Shown: in pieces, positions 1 through 11,286 of the stretch
How the letters are laid out: each line of letters starts with the position of its first letter
Numbering within the stretch: position 1 is the first letter of the stretch
NCBI RefSeq assembly: GCF_001194135.2
Contig: NC_069004.1
Location: forward strand, 32,469,973 to 32,504,164
Direction of reading: 5' to 3'
DNA from: Octopus bimaculoides
Taxonomy: Eukaryota
DNA length: 34,192 nucleotides
The notes under the pieces: generated by a model
Seen by the model: the letters and a program-made list of their open reading frames with translations, nothing else
Told to the model about the DNA's origin: nothing
Database searches by the model: none
Program-made: the position numbers and the translations under genes

Positions 1-60
1 TATATATATTATGTATCTATGCATGCATATATATATGTATATGTATATATTTGTGTGTGT

Positions 61-285
61 GTGTCTGTGTTTGTCCCTCATTCCATTGCTTGACAACCGA
101 TATTGGTGTGTTTATTTCCCAGTAACTTAGCAGTTCGGCAAAAGTGACCGACTGAATAAGTACTAGGCTTACAAAGAATAAGTCCTGGGGTCGATTTGTT
201 TGACTAAAGCTGGTGCTCCAGCATGGCTGCAGTCAAATGACTGAAACAAGTAAACAGACAAAAGAAAGTAAAAGAAGAACATAAA
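61..285 (+). mobile_element. SINE family A, 3' tail type 1 (head lies upstream of the window)
   Basis: After a (TA/TG)n tract: gtttgtccc..cttgacaaccga..gtaacttagcagttcggcaaaag..gaataagtactaggc..tggggtcgattt..gtgctccagcatggc..gtcaaatgactgaaacaagtaaa. Collinear with the tails at 22440-22650 and 26690-26840. Confidence 0.8.
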
Positions 286-439
286 AATATAAAATTATTA
301 TTATCATCATTGTTGTTGTTGTTGTTATCGTTTAGACAAGTCCACTATTTTACCATTTTGTCTCTGCTTTTCTTGTGTTGTTTTAGAATCATTTTTCCCT
401 CTTTCCAATGAAATAACACTGAATAATACTCTCGTTCAC

Positions 440-864
440 CTTCTTCCCTATCTCCTCTTCCTTCTTCAATGCTCTCTCTTTCTTACCTTCTCCCTTTTTT
501 CCCCACTCTCTCACTTTCTCATATTATCTCCTCTTCATATTCTTTTTTCCATTCTCTTCTATCTCACACTTCTCCTTCTTTTCACTCTTTCCCCCACACA
601 TACACTGTCTCTCTCTCTCTCTCTCACACACACACTGTCCTTTTCTTTCTCACCTGTTTACTCTTTCTCATGCTCTTTCTCACACTTTGCTACCTTCTCG
701 ATCCTCCTCTCTGTGTTTTTCACACTTTCTCCCCCCCCCCCCACACTCTCTATTCATCTCTCCCTTTATTTTTCTCTCCCTCTCTTAGCTTCTTTCTCAC
801 TTTCACACCTCGTCTCTCTTTTTCTTGTTCTCCATTTGTATTCCCTCTTCTCTTTCTGATATTC

Positions 865-918
<54 letters not shown>
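440..918. repeat. CT-rich low-complexity tract ending in (CA)n
   Basis: Almost purine-free plus strand with (CT)n and (CA)n runs; accounts for ORFs 469..939 and 766..969. Confidence 0.9.
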
Positions 919-922
<4 letters not shown>

Positions 923-1658
923 ATCTCAAGACAACATAATATGAAATTTCCTATACAATACCTATACAAAGCAGAACCAACTACATGAAACTCTTTCTAA
1001 ATGTTGCTTGTGTTTGTTTTTTTTTATTTTTTATTATTTTTGTTCTTCCATCCATTGTACTGTGTATTCCATCAACTTACTTGTTGTAATTCATTTTTAT
1101 ATCTCTACCACCACCACCACNNNNNNNNNNNNNNNNNNNNNNNNNNNNNNNNNNNNNNNNNNNNNNNNNNNNNNNNNNNNNNNNNNNNNNNNNNNNNNNN
1201 NNNNNNNNNNNNNNNNNNNNNNNNNNNNNNNNNNNNNNNNNNNNNNNNNNNNNNNNNNNNNNNNNNNNNNNNNNNNNNNNNNNNNNNNNNNNNNNNNNNN
1301 NNNNNNNNNNNNNNNNNNNNNNNNNNNNNNNNNNNNNNNNNNNNNNNNNNNNNNNNNNNNNNNNNNNNNNNNNNNNNNNNNNNNNNNNNNNNTATATATA
1401 TATATATATATATATATGTATACACACATACATTCATACACACACACACATATTAAGAGAGAGAGTGGGATCAGATAAAAGAAGTGAGGTGAGAGAATAG
1501 ATGTTTATCCCATTCGTTTACAATTGTTTCATAATGTCGCTAGTTATGTGATAGATATTGCATCAGATATATGATAATATATATATACACACCCATAATA
1601 TGCAAGTGTGTTGAGAAATTAATTAACAGACTAATCTTCAGAGTGATTCATAGTAGTC

Positions 1659-1710
1659 CATCATCATTATCATCATTCAACATCTGTTTTCCATGCTGGA
1701 ATGGGTTGGT
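1659..1710 (-). mobile_element. RTE-type 3' terminal fragment with (GAT)n tail
   Basis: catcatcattatcatcattcaacatctgttttccatgctggaatgggttgg matches the terminus at 16001-16050. Confidence 0.6.
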
Positions 1711-1762
1711 TCAAAACTATATATGTAGGTATATATAAAATAAACGTGTGTATATGTATGTT

Positions 1763-1807
<45 letters not shown>

Positions 1808-1874
1808 CTTGTATGTATAAATACATATATTAATGCTCTCTGGAATCTTCTCCCTACTTCTGTTACTTCTGTAA

Positions 1875-2075
1875 ATGTTGGACAAAATATTTAGTAGCAT
1901 TTATTTTGACTGTTTTTATGTCCTGAGTTCAAATACCACTGAGGTCAACTTTGCTTTTCATCCTTTCAAGGTGGATAAAATAAAGTACCAGGCTTGTACT
2001 GAAGCTGATGTAATTAATTACAACCTCTCCTTAGAATTGTCAGCCTTGTGCCAAAATTTGAAACCATTATTATTA
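1875..2075 (+). mobile_element. tRNA-derived SINE family B, 5'-eroded copy
   Basis: ctgagttcaaat (B box), gaggtcaactttgcttttcatcctttc, aagtaccag, ccttgtgccaaaatttgaaacc, then an (ATT)n tail. Confidence 0.8.
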
Positions 2076-2085
2076 ATAAATGTCA

Positions 2086-2304
2086 AAGCAAGGAACTGGC
2101 AGAATCAACATGCCAGGCAAAATGCTTAGCGGCATTTCATCCATCTGTAAGTTCTGAGTTCAAATTCTGCCGAGGTTGACTTTGCTTTTCATCCTTTCGG
2201 GGTTGATGAAATAAGAAACAGTTATGCACTGGGGTCAATGTAGTCGACTGGCCCCCTCCCCTAAAGTTTCAGGTCTTGTGCCCATAGTAGAAAGGATTAT
2301 TATT
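2086..2304 (+). mobile_element. tRNA-derived SINE family B, near full length, directly after the previous copy's tail
   Basis: actggcagaatc..aaaatgcttagcggcatttc..gagttcaaattc..gaggttgactttgcttttcatcctttcggggttgat..ccttgtgcccatagtagaaagg(att)n. Confidence 0.88.
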
Positions 2305-2319
2305 AATAAATGTTTGGTG

Positions 2320-2710
2320 TTGTTGTGAGAGCGGTTGTGGTAACAGTAACTGTGATGGCTGTAGTGATAGTCATGGTGGCAGTGGTGTTGTGGTGGTGGG
2401 TGTTGTGGTGGTGGTTGTGGTGATGTCGATGATGCTGATAGTAATGACATGATGATGATGCTGATGGTAATGATGTGTGATGATGGTGGTCATTGTCTGC
2501 TCTGTTGTCTTAACAAAAATGTTGGCTGGGGAATATTTTGTTGCGAAATGTCAGACTCAGTTTCTTTAAAAGATAAATCGAGAAGACAAACTACAAAGAA
2601 ACTACCTTAGAAGAAGAAGAAGAAGAAGAAGAAGAAGAAGAAGAAGGAAAGGAAGTAGTAGTGGTGGTAGTGGTGGTGGTAGTAGTAGTTGTAGTGGTGG
2701 TGGTGGTAGT
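2320..2710. repeat. Degenerate (GGT/GAT)n, (GAA)n and (GTG/GTA)n trinucleotide tracts
   Basis: Visible triplet runs; account for the His/Pro-rich ORF 2235..2450. Confidence 0.85.
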
Positions 2711-3452
2711 AGACAAAAGAAGAAAATATGAAAGGAAGCAGGGATGACAGCGAGTCTAAATGTGAAGAGTACTAAATAAATGGCAATAGAAAATTGAAGA
2801 GAGAAAGAGAGTGAGCAGATATATATATAAAATATTTCTTATATCACATATATATATGTATACACACAAACACACACACACACACACACACATGTATGTC
2901 TAGCCATGTCCACATTCAGAACTATCGACAGGTCACCATTAACTTGCTTTGTTCACATTTACAATAATTTATTATCATCATCATCACCATCATCATTATT
3001 ATTGTTCGCTACTTTCTAATGTTTCATTCTGCTATGTGAGAGTTTGTTGACTTTTCTTCCAGCTCTGCTAATATTCCTATTTATGACTAGGAAAAACAAC
3101 AAATCACAACAACAAACAAAAAGAAAACCCTCCCCTCTCCACCTATATCATTTACTTATATGCATATTTATATATATATAGATATAAATATATATATATG
3201 TCAGGGATGTGCTGTATGAAAAGGTGAAGTAGGGTCAGCGTTTACTCTGCTTTTTATTGTTTAGCCAGGAAGGAAGGGCAAAACCCATGACCCCTTTTCA
3301 GGGTCTCTGAAACTGTTGGGACTGAGGTAGGACAGTATCCTGAAACTGATGACCTGACTTGAATGCTTGCAATAGGGTGGAGTCCTGTTAAAGGCATCTA
3401 AGGATCACCAAGTGGCCCTTGGGTACCTGTAGTGGAGGATGACTTTACATGC

Positions 3453-3508
<56 letters not shown>

Positions 3509-3812
3509 ACACACACATGCATGTGATGAACTCTCCTGTCAAAGACGACACGTGAGTGTTCAGCTTTTTGTCAAACAACCTGTTGGCAACCCTGCATATA
3601 TATATATATATANNNNNNNNNNNNNNNNNNNNNNNNNNNNNNNNNNNNNNNNNNNNNNNNNNNNNNNNNNNNNNNNNNNNNNNNNNNNNNNNNNNNNNNN
3701 NNNNNNNNNNNNNNNNNNNNNNNNNNNNNNNNNNNNNNNNNNNNNNNNNNNNNNNNNNNNNNNNNNNNNNNNNNNNNNNNNNNNNNNNNNNNNNNNNNNN
3801 NNNNNNNNNNNN

Positions 3813-3869
<57 letters not shown>

Positions 3870-3993
3870 AGTTTCTTTCAGTTTCCATCTCTAAATCCAT
3901 TCACAAACAAAGCTTTGGGTAGCTGAAAGCTATTGTAGAAGATACTGTCCCAAGGTGGGACTGAAACTGAAACAACATAGTTGAGAAGGAAAC
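3870..3993 (-). mobile_element. SINE family A head plus CORE-like segment, diverged
   Basis: tttctttcagtttccatct..aatccattcac..aaagctttgg..ctattgtagaagatact.tcccaaggtg is the reverse complement of the family A head. Confidence 0.65.
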
Positions 3994-4356
3994 ACACACA
4001 AGATGTACATACACACACAGTCAAAAGACAAATGCACACTGCTCGCTGCGTAATGGCTCTTTCACTTCAATATCTACCTTTATATTCTATAATATCTGTA
4101 TTGTACTCCGCTAGTCATGGTATGAGTGATTAATATTTTCACACTTTGTGTCTCCATTGACCTTGAAATGGTGTAGATATTGTGCCAGTCGAACATCAAA
4201 ATAATAAATGCTCACAAAGTTATGAACTGAGTTCCATGCAGTAAATTAGCATTTTACTGTTTGTATTTATAGTTTTTTAATATAGTGAAATGGCAGCAGA
4301 GTTAATAGAATGGCAGATAGACAGCCATGTGATGTTTGTCCCAGTTTTCTGCTTTA

Positions 4357-4414
<58 letters not shown>

Positions 4415-4467
4415 TACATACATACATACACACATACATACATACATACACACACATATATTTATAT

Positions 4468-4508
<41 letters not shown>

Positions 4509-4847
4509 NNNNNNNNNNNNNNNNNNNNNNNNNNNNNNNNNNNNNNNNNNNNNNNNNNNNNNNNNNNNNNNNNNNNNNNNNNNNNNNNNNNNNNNNNNNN
4601 NNNNNNNNNNNNNNNNNNNNNNNNNNNNNNNNNNNNNNNNNNNNNNNNNNNNNNNNNNNNNNNNNNNNNNNNNNNNNNNNNNNNNNNNNNNNNNNNNNNN
4701 NNNNNNNNNNNNNNNNNNNNNNNNNNNNNNNNNNNNNNNNNNNNNNNNNNNNNNNNNNNNNNNNNNNNNNNNNNNNNNNNNNNNNNNNNNNNNNNNNNNN
4801 NNNNNNNNNNNNNNNNNNNNNNNNNNNNNNNNNNNNNNNNNNNNNNN

Positions 4848-4930
<83 letters not shown>

Positions 4931-4950
4931 GATAGATAGATAGATATATG

Positions 4951-5118
4951 AACCAGACAAGTAACATCCCAATCAAAGATTTGACTGTTTCCCCTGTATC
5001 TGAACAGGAATGTTACAGGTATCTAGGGGTGAATCAAAATATATCTTACAATGGCACCCAGAAGAAAACACATATCACTAAAGGATATTACAGCTGAATA
5101 AAGAAAATATGTGCAAAC
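4951..5118 (+). pseudogene. Decayed fragment of an R4/Dong-clade non-LTR retrotransposon, C-terminal part of the RT domain
   Basis: My translation from 4951: NQTSNIPIKDLTVSPVSEQECYRYLGVNQNISYNGTQKKTHITKGYYS*IKKI. This resembles the YKYLGxxENIxYxG..KxRVxKEYYxRVRKI pattern of R4-like RTs. One in-frame stop; absent from the ORF track. Confidence 0.55.
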
Positions 5119-5739
5119 ACACACATATATATATATATAACATACATATATTTAATGGTTATCATATTAACAAATAATGTTTATGCCTGACTCTGGGTTT
5201 TGTGTAAACAAGTAGACCTATACTCATCAGATGTTCAAGTTATTGTTGTAGGTGGAGCACAGAAATATGGCATTTACAAATGTTCTGTGCACAAAATTTT
5301 ATACGAAAGTAAACAAAAGACAGCAAGGGAAAGATAGAGACTGGACCTGTCTCACTCCATCTTGAATTCTTCTCTGGTCTTCCCTGTTACCAGAGAAATA
5401 TCTCAGTCCTTAACCATGCACTGTTGACTCTTAATAATAATGATTCATTTCTTCAACAAAAAAAAAAAAAAAGGATTTTGCTGAAAAAAAATTGCAAGGA
5501 GAAATTTCTCAGCGTTCTTCTTTGCTGTGTTTGACGTAAATGCAAAACTTTCATATCTGATGAGCATAAATCTTTCAGCTGTACATGAAACCTGGAATCA
5601 CGTGTTATCATTTGTTAGTATTATCAGCAGTAAACTATTTTATACTGCTTCCCTAGTGTCATATAGTTATGTGCTCATTTTTTTTTCACTAAGAACATAC
5701 TGATCATGTGTGTGTATGCATTACGTGTGTGTGTGTGTG

Positions 5740-5775
<36 letters not shown>

Positions 5776-6002
5776 TATATGTGTGTGTGCATATATATAT
5801 ATGTGTGTGTGTGTGTATATATTATATTTGCATCCATGTATGTATATATGTACATTTATGTGTGAGTATATATATCTGTATATATATTGTACATGTATAC
5901 ATATGATATATATTTCTATATATGTATTATATAAACATATATCACCTCTTAATTTTGTTTTTCTTTATATTGTCTTTTATTTTTATGAACTTTATTCCCT
6001 CA

Positions 6003-6042
<40 letters not shown>

Positions 6043-6133
6043 ACGCACACATACACACGCATTTCCAGAATCTTCCTGCAGACATTCCACACCTTTACAC
6101 ATCAATCTGTTTCCATCTCGTCTGCTAGCTTAC

Positions 6134-6233
6134 TCATTTTTTTGTTTGTAAATTGCCCATTTCACTATGGAGTCCACTTGTTGTTCTATTGCCGACATCA
6201 AAGAGTTCTTTACTGGGAATTTTGTGCTATCTC
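6134..6233 (-). CDS. Weak candidate internal exon (100 nt): xDSTKFPVKNSLMSAIEQQVDSIVKWAIYKQKN
   Basis: T13 tract then tatatag| acceptor (6235-6234) and |gtaagc donor (6133-6128); one of three frames is open; non-repetitive. No homology recognised. Confidence 0.22.
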
Positions 6234-6729
6234 CTATATATACGTTTAAAAAAAAAAAAATTTTATTCATTTATTCTTCTTCCATTCCATTGAATGTTTT
6301 TGCACTATTGGAGAGAGACAGAAACTTCTATTTAAGCTTTCTACATACCCCCCCCCCCCACACACACACACGAAAATGTTTAGAAATATCCACCTAATAA
6401 ATAGAACCTTCTATTTATAGATTTTGTGTTTTTCTTCTCAAAGATGTGAGCTCTGTCTCAGATATAATTTTCACTCCTGGTTGTTTGTGTCTCTCTTCGC
6501 TTCTGTTATAGATGTCGCTGCTCACATTTCTGCTTTTGAGTACCGAGAATTCCAGAAGAACCAGCTAGCTGTAAAACTATTCCAGCTTTAACCTTTCAGT
6601 GCTTCCACTTGTCCTTCCCCGTCTCCTTTGAGCCACTTCCTGTTGGCCCCCATTCTTCATTTGTAACCACTGTCCCCATATCTACCTTTGACCACTCTGT
6701 TCAACACGTACTACATTCTCTCCTGTGAA

Positions 6730-6910
6730 CCTCAGACCACCTCCCATGTACTGCTCACCTCTTCCCAAATACTTCTGATCACCTCCTACCTGCTTCTCAC
6801 CTCCTCCCACCTATCACTGACCACCACCTACCTACCTATCTCCGATCACCTCCCACCAACTTCTGACTACCCCCACCATCTACCTCTGATTACCTCCTAC
6901 CCATCCCACT
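6730..6910. repeat. Degenerate C-rich minisatellite, unit about 20-22 bp (acttctgatcacctcccacc-like)
   Basis: Recurrent acctcc(t/c)acc and cttctga motifs. Confidence 0.6.
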
Positions 6911-7931
6911 GGCTGAGTGTATTAATGAAATCCATTCCTGCATTTGTGAAACATGAAGGAAACAGACTCTTACTGCACACACACACATTGTGAAATGTCT
7001 TCTTAGCTGGTAGGAGTGGATTCGCATCAATGAGCAATGACCAACTAGATTGCTATCCAGGTAATATTGTCTGTAGAAGAAGGGATATGACAATGAATGT
7101 TGCATATCAACATCTGAGTTCTGCTGTAGCATGGGCAACCTCACATCAGAGAATCCCCCCCCCCCATGCATTCCAGGAGAGCCCTGTTTAGATCTTTCCA
7201 CAGTCCCTGTCATTCACTGCTAATAATGTCCGGCAAGGGAGATATATCCCTATCTATAAAACTAATATTACATCTCAGAACAACACAAGTTTTGTAAATA
7301 AATTATATCACTGTGTGTGTGGACACAATCAAGTTTTGTGGGAAGAAGGTTACAGTCAATCATACCAACTTTCTGTGTTCAACCGGAACTTTGTTTTATT
7401 GGTGGGGTTTGAATTCATAACATACAGTGAAGTAAATATTAACTCAAGCAAAATAAAAAAAATAAATAAATAAAAAAGAGAAGGAAAACCACAACAGTCA
7501 TTACTTCATTGCTTCTTCTACAAACCTGTTTCGTTCATTCATACTTTCACAGGTCTGCTTCACTCTCTCATTGGTTTGCTACTTGAAATGAAAATGTAAA
7601 GGTCACAGTTATCTTTGATTGTAGGTTTACTCATTCAGAGCTCACCTTAGGCCGAACAGCCAACTAGCTAGCATAATTTGGTGTCTGTGTTATCTAGAAA
7701 TTTCTCTATTTGTCCATTTGTTTATTTTATTTACGTCTGTTTTCTTTTTTTTTTTTTCATGATTGCATGAGTTAGATGAGTATATTATTGAGGCATTGTT
7801 CTACCACCAGATGCTTTTCCTGTTGTTAACCCTTACCTGTTTCTCAGATAATGGATCTTTTATTCCACATTTCCTTCATAGGCTGAATGTCCGTGAATGA
7901 TTTGTTGATAAGAGATGACGACATTATCTTG

Positions 7932-8104
7932 AAACACCCGCCACACTCTTGGAGTGGTTGGCGTTAGGAATCCAGCTGTAGAAGCTTTGCCAAATTAGAT
8001 TGGGACCTGGTGCAGCCTCCTGGCTTACCAGTTCTCAGTCAAACCGTCCAACCCATGCCAGCATGGAAAGTGGCCATTAAACGACAAGGATGATGATGAT
8101 GATG
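7932..8104 (+). mobile_element. RTE-type 3' end
   Basis: gagtggttggcgttaggaa..tccagctgtagaa..caaaccgtccaacccatgccagcatggaaagtgg..ttaaacga(gat)n; matches the reverse complement of 16001-16190. Confidence 0.8.
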
Positions 8105-8943
8105 AGGTGGTGGTGGTGGTGGTAGCACTACCAAAGCTGAAGTGCCTCAGGAGTCCTATGTTCTTAAGACAAAGCTGTTATGTCTTTTTATCCATATCAG
8201 GATGTATGTGGTGGCGATGTGGATGATGAATTTGGTGGGTGAGTGAATGGTTGGCTGGAATAAGAAGCTGGAGGAGGATAGAAATATGAAGAGTTTGCAT
8301 ATATTTAAATATCAAAGGTAGTGTGTGTGTGTGTGTGTGTGAAAGGAGAAAGAACAGATGTGTGTGATGATATTAAAAGACTAATGGAACAACAGGACTA
8401 AAGAATAAATAAATAGACTCGTAATTGAAATGGATAGAAACCTTGAAAACATTGACATGAGAAATGAATACATGTAAATTTTTTTTAAATCTATAAAAAA
8501 AAAAGAAAAACCTCATTTTAATCCAAAGATTTCTGTGCATATGGAAATATTCAGAAAGTTAAATGCCATGTGATACCAAGTGAGATTGATTGGGTCATAG
8601 TATTGGGTTGGAGATTAACCCACTTTTAATGCTTCTTTTGGATAAAGACAAGTCACCTGGGATAAGGTCGGGATGGCGGGGCGGGCGGTGTAAGTGAATA
8701 AAGTATTGGATTAAGAGGCCAAAGGTCATAAATTCATATCTGCTGTATGTGTTTCATTGTATTTGCAAAACTTAGGATTTTACTTAGTCTGTATTAAAAG
8801 ATTTATCTCTTCAGATACACTGGAGCATTTTACTCGATCTATGTTGCTTCCATTCACTTATCTGTTTGGGAATAGGTACCAAACCACCTGGATGGGTGGT
8901 TACCTAAAATACAGCAACACGCTGTCCAATAAAAGATTTATTT

Positions 8944-9081
8944 GCAGGTGTGGCTGTGTGGTAAGAAGTTTGCTTCTAAACCACATAGGTCCCAGTTCAG
9001 TGCCACTTGGGAAAGTATCTTCAACTATAAAACTCTAGGCCAACCAAAGCCTTGTGAGTGGATTTGGTTGAAGGAAGCTTT

Positions 9082-9164
<83 letters not shown>

Positions 9165-9386
9165 GTCTCCTTGCCTTGACAGCATGTGATGGTCGTAAAC
9201 AAGTGTCACTGTCATGCATGCGGTTTCCAGCATTTTGTGAAAATATGCCTGGCCGTGAGGAAATATTTTGTTACTTGGAAACAGGTGAGTGTCGGCAACA
9301 AAAAGAAGGCACCTGGCTGTAGAAAATTCATCTCAACAAATTCCCTCCTGTGAGCATAGAAAAATGGATATTAAAGTGACAATGAT
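8944..9386 (+). mobile_element. SINE family A: tRNA head, CORE-like segment, (TG)n hinge and RTE-like tail type 2
   Basis: A box tggctgtgtgg; B-box-like ggtcccagttc; gccacttgggaaagtatcttc (CORE-like); (TG)n at 9084-9160; tail ..ggaaacaggtgag..ggctgtagaaaa..caacaaattcc..gcatagaaaaatggatattaaa. Confidence 0.82.
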
Positions 9387-9588
9387 CCACTGAGATTTTT
9401 TTTTTTGTTCTATGGTTAGACTTACATATTTTGCTTGATCTTTGGGGCTTCCATTCACTTTTCTATTTAGGAATAGGTCCCATGCCACCAAGTTGAGTGG
9501 TTACCTAAAGTATAGCAACATGCAACCCATGTAAAGATTTCTCTCTCATGTTCTTTGTCCTCATTAAACTGGAGCTAAACAACTTTTG

Positions 9589-9774
9589 AATGTTCGGCCG
9601 ATATACCCTCCAGCCTTCTTCAGGTGTCTTGGGGAAATTTTGAACCTGGGTTCTCATTCCTAAGGTATTTTTCGACGTTATTATTAGTATTGTTATTATT
9701 CAGGTCACTGCTTGGAATCGAACTTGGAATCTTGGGGTTAGTAGCCCACGCTCTTAACCACTATGTCATATGCC
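9589..9774 (-). mobile_element. tRNA-headed non-autonomous element (family P) ending in a Penelope-like hammerhead motif
   Basis: Minus strand: ggcatatgacatagtggttaagagc..gttcgattcc (A and B boxes), an (AAT)n spacer, cgaaaaataccttaggaatgagaacccagg.., then gacac-ctgaaga-a-ggctg-gagggtatat-cggcc-gaac. Confidence 0.7.
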
Positions 9775-9775
9775 G

Positions 9776-9895
9776 TGAAGGCTGGAGGGTATATCAGCCA
9801 AAATGTTGTGTTAACAACAAACAAGATGAGGACAAATATCCGTCAAATGTAAATAATGTACATAATTCCTCATCTCTTAAATATAGAACTATGTG
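9776..9895 (+). mobile_element. Inverted, 5'-truncated 3' end of the same family P element
   Basis: 9777-9799 gaaggctggagggtatatcagcc is 22/23 identical to the reverse complement of 9596-9618; it continues aaaatgttgtgttaacaacaaacaagatgagg..atagaact. Confidence 0.7.
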
Positions 9896-9913
9896 AATAT
9901 TTTATTGTTATTA

Positions 9914-10110
9914 TTTAACCTCTGATTTGTTCTGATTAATCAGACCTATAATCCAAGGTGTTTCATCCATGAAGATTCTGTCTTTTGTTTTGTTTTGTTT
10001 TTCTTCAGTATTAGCCAATGTGTTCTTATTTTTCTAATAGAGCTGGCTTTAATTTAAGGGTGACTTGACTGTTATTTTAAACAAATCGAGTGACCGTATA
10101 GAGGCTTCCT
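9914..10110 (+). mobile_element. Interspersed repeat family C (no tRNA head seen)
   Basis: cagacctataatccaaggtgtttc..ccatga at the start and ..tttaagggtgacttgactgttatttta..gagtgacc.tatagaggcttcct at the end; collinear with 10459-10645 and 31440-31635. Confidence 0.6.
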
Positions 10111-10458
10111 AATTAGCTCATTGCTGCTGTTGTTGTGCTGCAAGTTCTTGAGCACTCCACTCTTCCCACTCAGATCAGCCCATTCTGGAATAGAGCCTGA
10201 ATAGTAAAGCATCCTAATCAAATACCCCAAAATATCTTACAAACCCAACACGAGATAACATCCAGTTGGAGTGGATTGGTACTAAAAACTAGATTCAGTT
10301 GTGTTGTCAAACGGAGAGGTGTAGGATTAGACAAATGAGATAAAACTATTAAGCTACTGTAATTAAGAAAAAAAGCAAATTAATTAAAACACTAAGCCAG
10401 CTTTAGATAGAATAAATAGAGAATTAACAGAGAAGCACCTGTACTATTTAGTAGTTGT

Positions 10459-10645
10459 TGTTTAGCCCAGGCCTGCTATGGTTGTGTAGATCTATGATTA
10501 AAAGGTGTTCTGTCTATCACCCTCATGTTTTTATTTATTATGGACTACATTGTCCAGTGTGTCCTTTTTAAGAGATTAGGGTGTAGTTTGAAGATAATAT
10601 GGCTGCTATTTCTTAAAAGTTGAGTGACCCTGTTGAGAGCACCTT
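10459..10645 (+). mobile_element. Interspersed repeat family C
   Basis: tttagcccagg..agatctatgattaaaagg..ggactacattgtccagtgtgtcc..gtgtagtttgaag..ggctgctatttc..gagtgaccc. Confidence 0.6.
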
Positions 10646-10934
10646 TGTTATTGCAGGCCTGTGATCAAAAGCTGTCCACTTATGACTTCCCAGTTTTTGG
10701 TGATTGCTTTTCCATCATTATATCTGTCTAAAAGTATGCTATGCAATGTAACCTTAGATATGGTTTTTAAATACGATAGACTATAATTTAACTGTGATTT
10801 CTAGCGAGCTGAGTACCCTCTTTACTTTCTAATGCATTTACACAGAAGGGGTAACACCTGATGAAGCTTGTTTGGATTTGCCCAACTCAGTCACACCATC
10901 CCTCATAATGAGAATGATAATATCACATTTACTG

Positions 10935-11150
10935 AAGGTGGCGAGCTGGCAGAAACGTTAGCATGCCAGGCGAAATGCTTAGTGGTATTTCGTCTGTCTT
11001 TACGTTCTGGGTTCAAATTCTGCTGAGGTTGACTTTGCATTTCATCCTTTCGGGGTCGATAAATTAAGTACCAGTTGCATACTTGGGTCGATCTAACCGA
11101 CTGGCCCCTCTCTCAAAATTTCGGGCCTTGTGCCTAGAGTAGAAAAAAAT
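10935..11150 (+). mobile_element. SINE family B, full length
   Basis: Complete from aaggtggcgagctggcagaaacgttagc to ccttgtgcctagagtagaaa, with B box gggttcaaattc. Confidence 0.92.
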
Positions 11151-11286
11151 ATCTCGTTTACTGAATCTCTGACTAGAGAACTTGACAACATCCTTGCATG
11201 GTGTCATGGTAACCTACTGTGATTAACCATTGCATGATACCAGAAATTTAATACAAAACATTGAATGGTGGACATACAAAGGTTAA

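Noticed and set aside
469-4976. Long ORFs with HT/CV/IY repeats or X runs
   Set aside because: Translations of (CA)n, (TG)n, (TA)n and N gaps.
5530-5610. TGACGTAA and CACGTG as an enhancer cluster
   Set aside because: Short motifs are expected by chance in 34 kb; no conservation data.
6960-7215. ORF 6890..7213 as an RTE remnant or exon
   Set aside because: Only a faint resemblance to the RTE GH..RM region; the poly-G run and lack of splice signals give no support.
9701-9774. Functional tRNA gene (also considered for the other SINE heads)
   Set aside because: Arms pair poorly, there is no clean acceptor stem, and each head runs into a SINE body.
10855-10885. acacctgatgaag resembling the start of the family P hammerhead
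   Set aside because: Not followed by a stem II or GAAA; a short chance or relic match.
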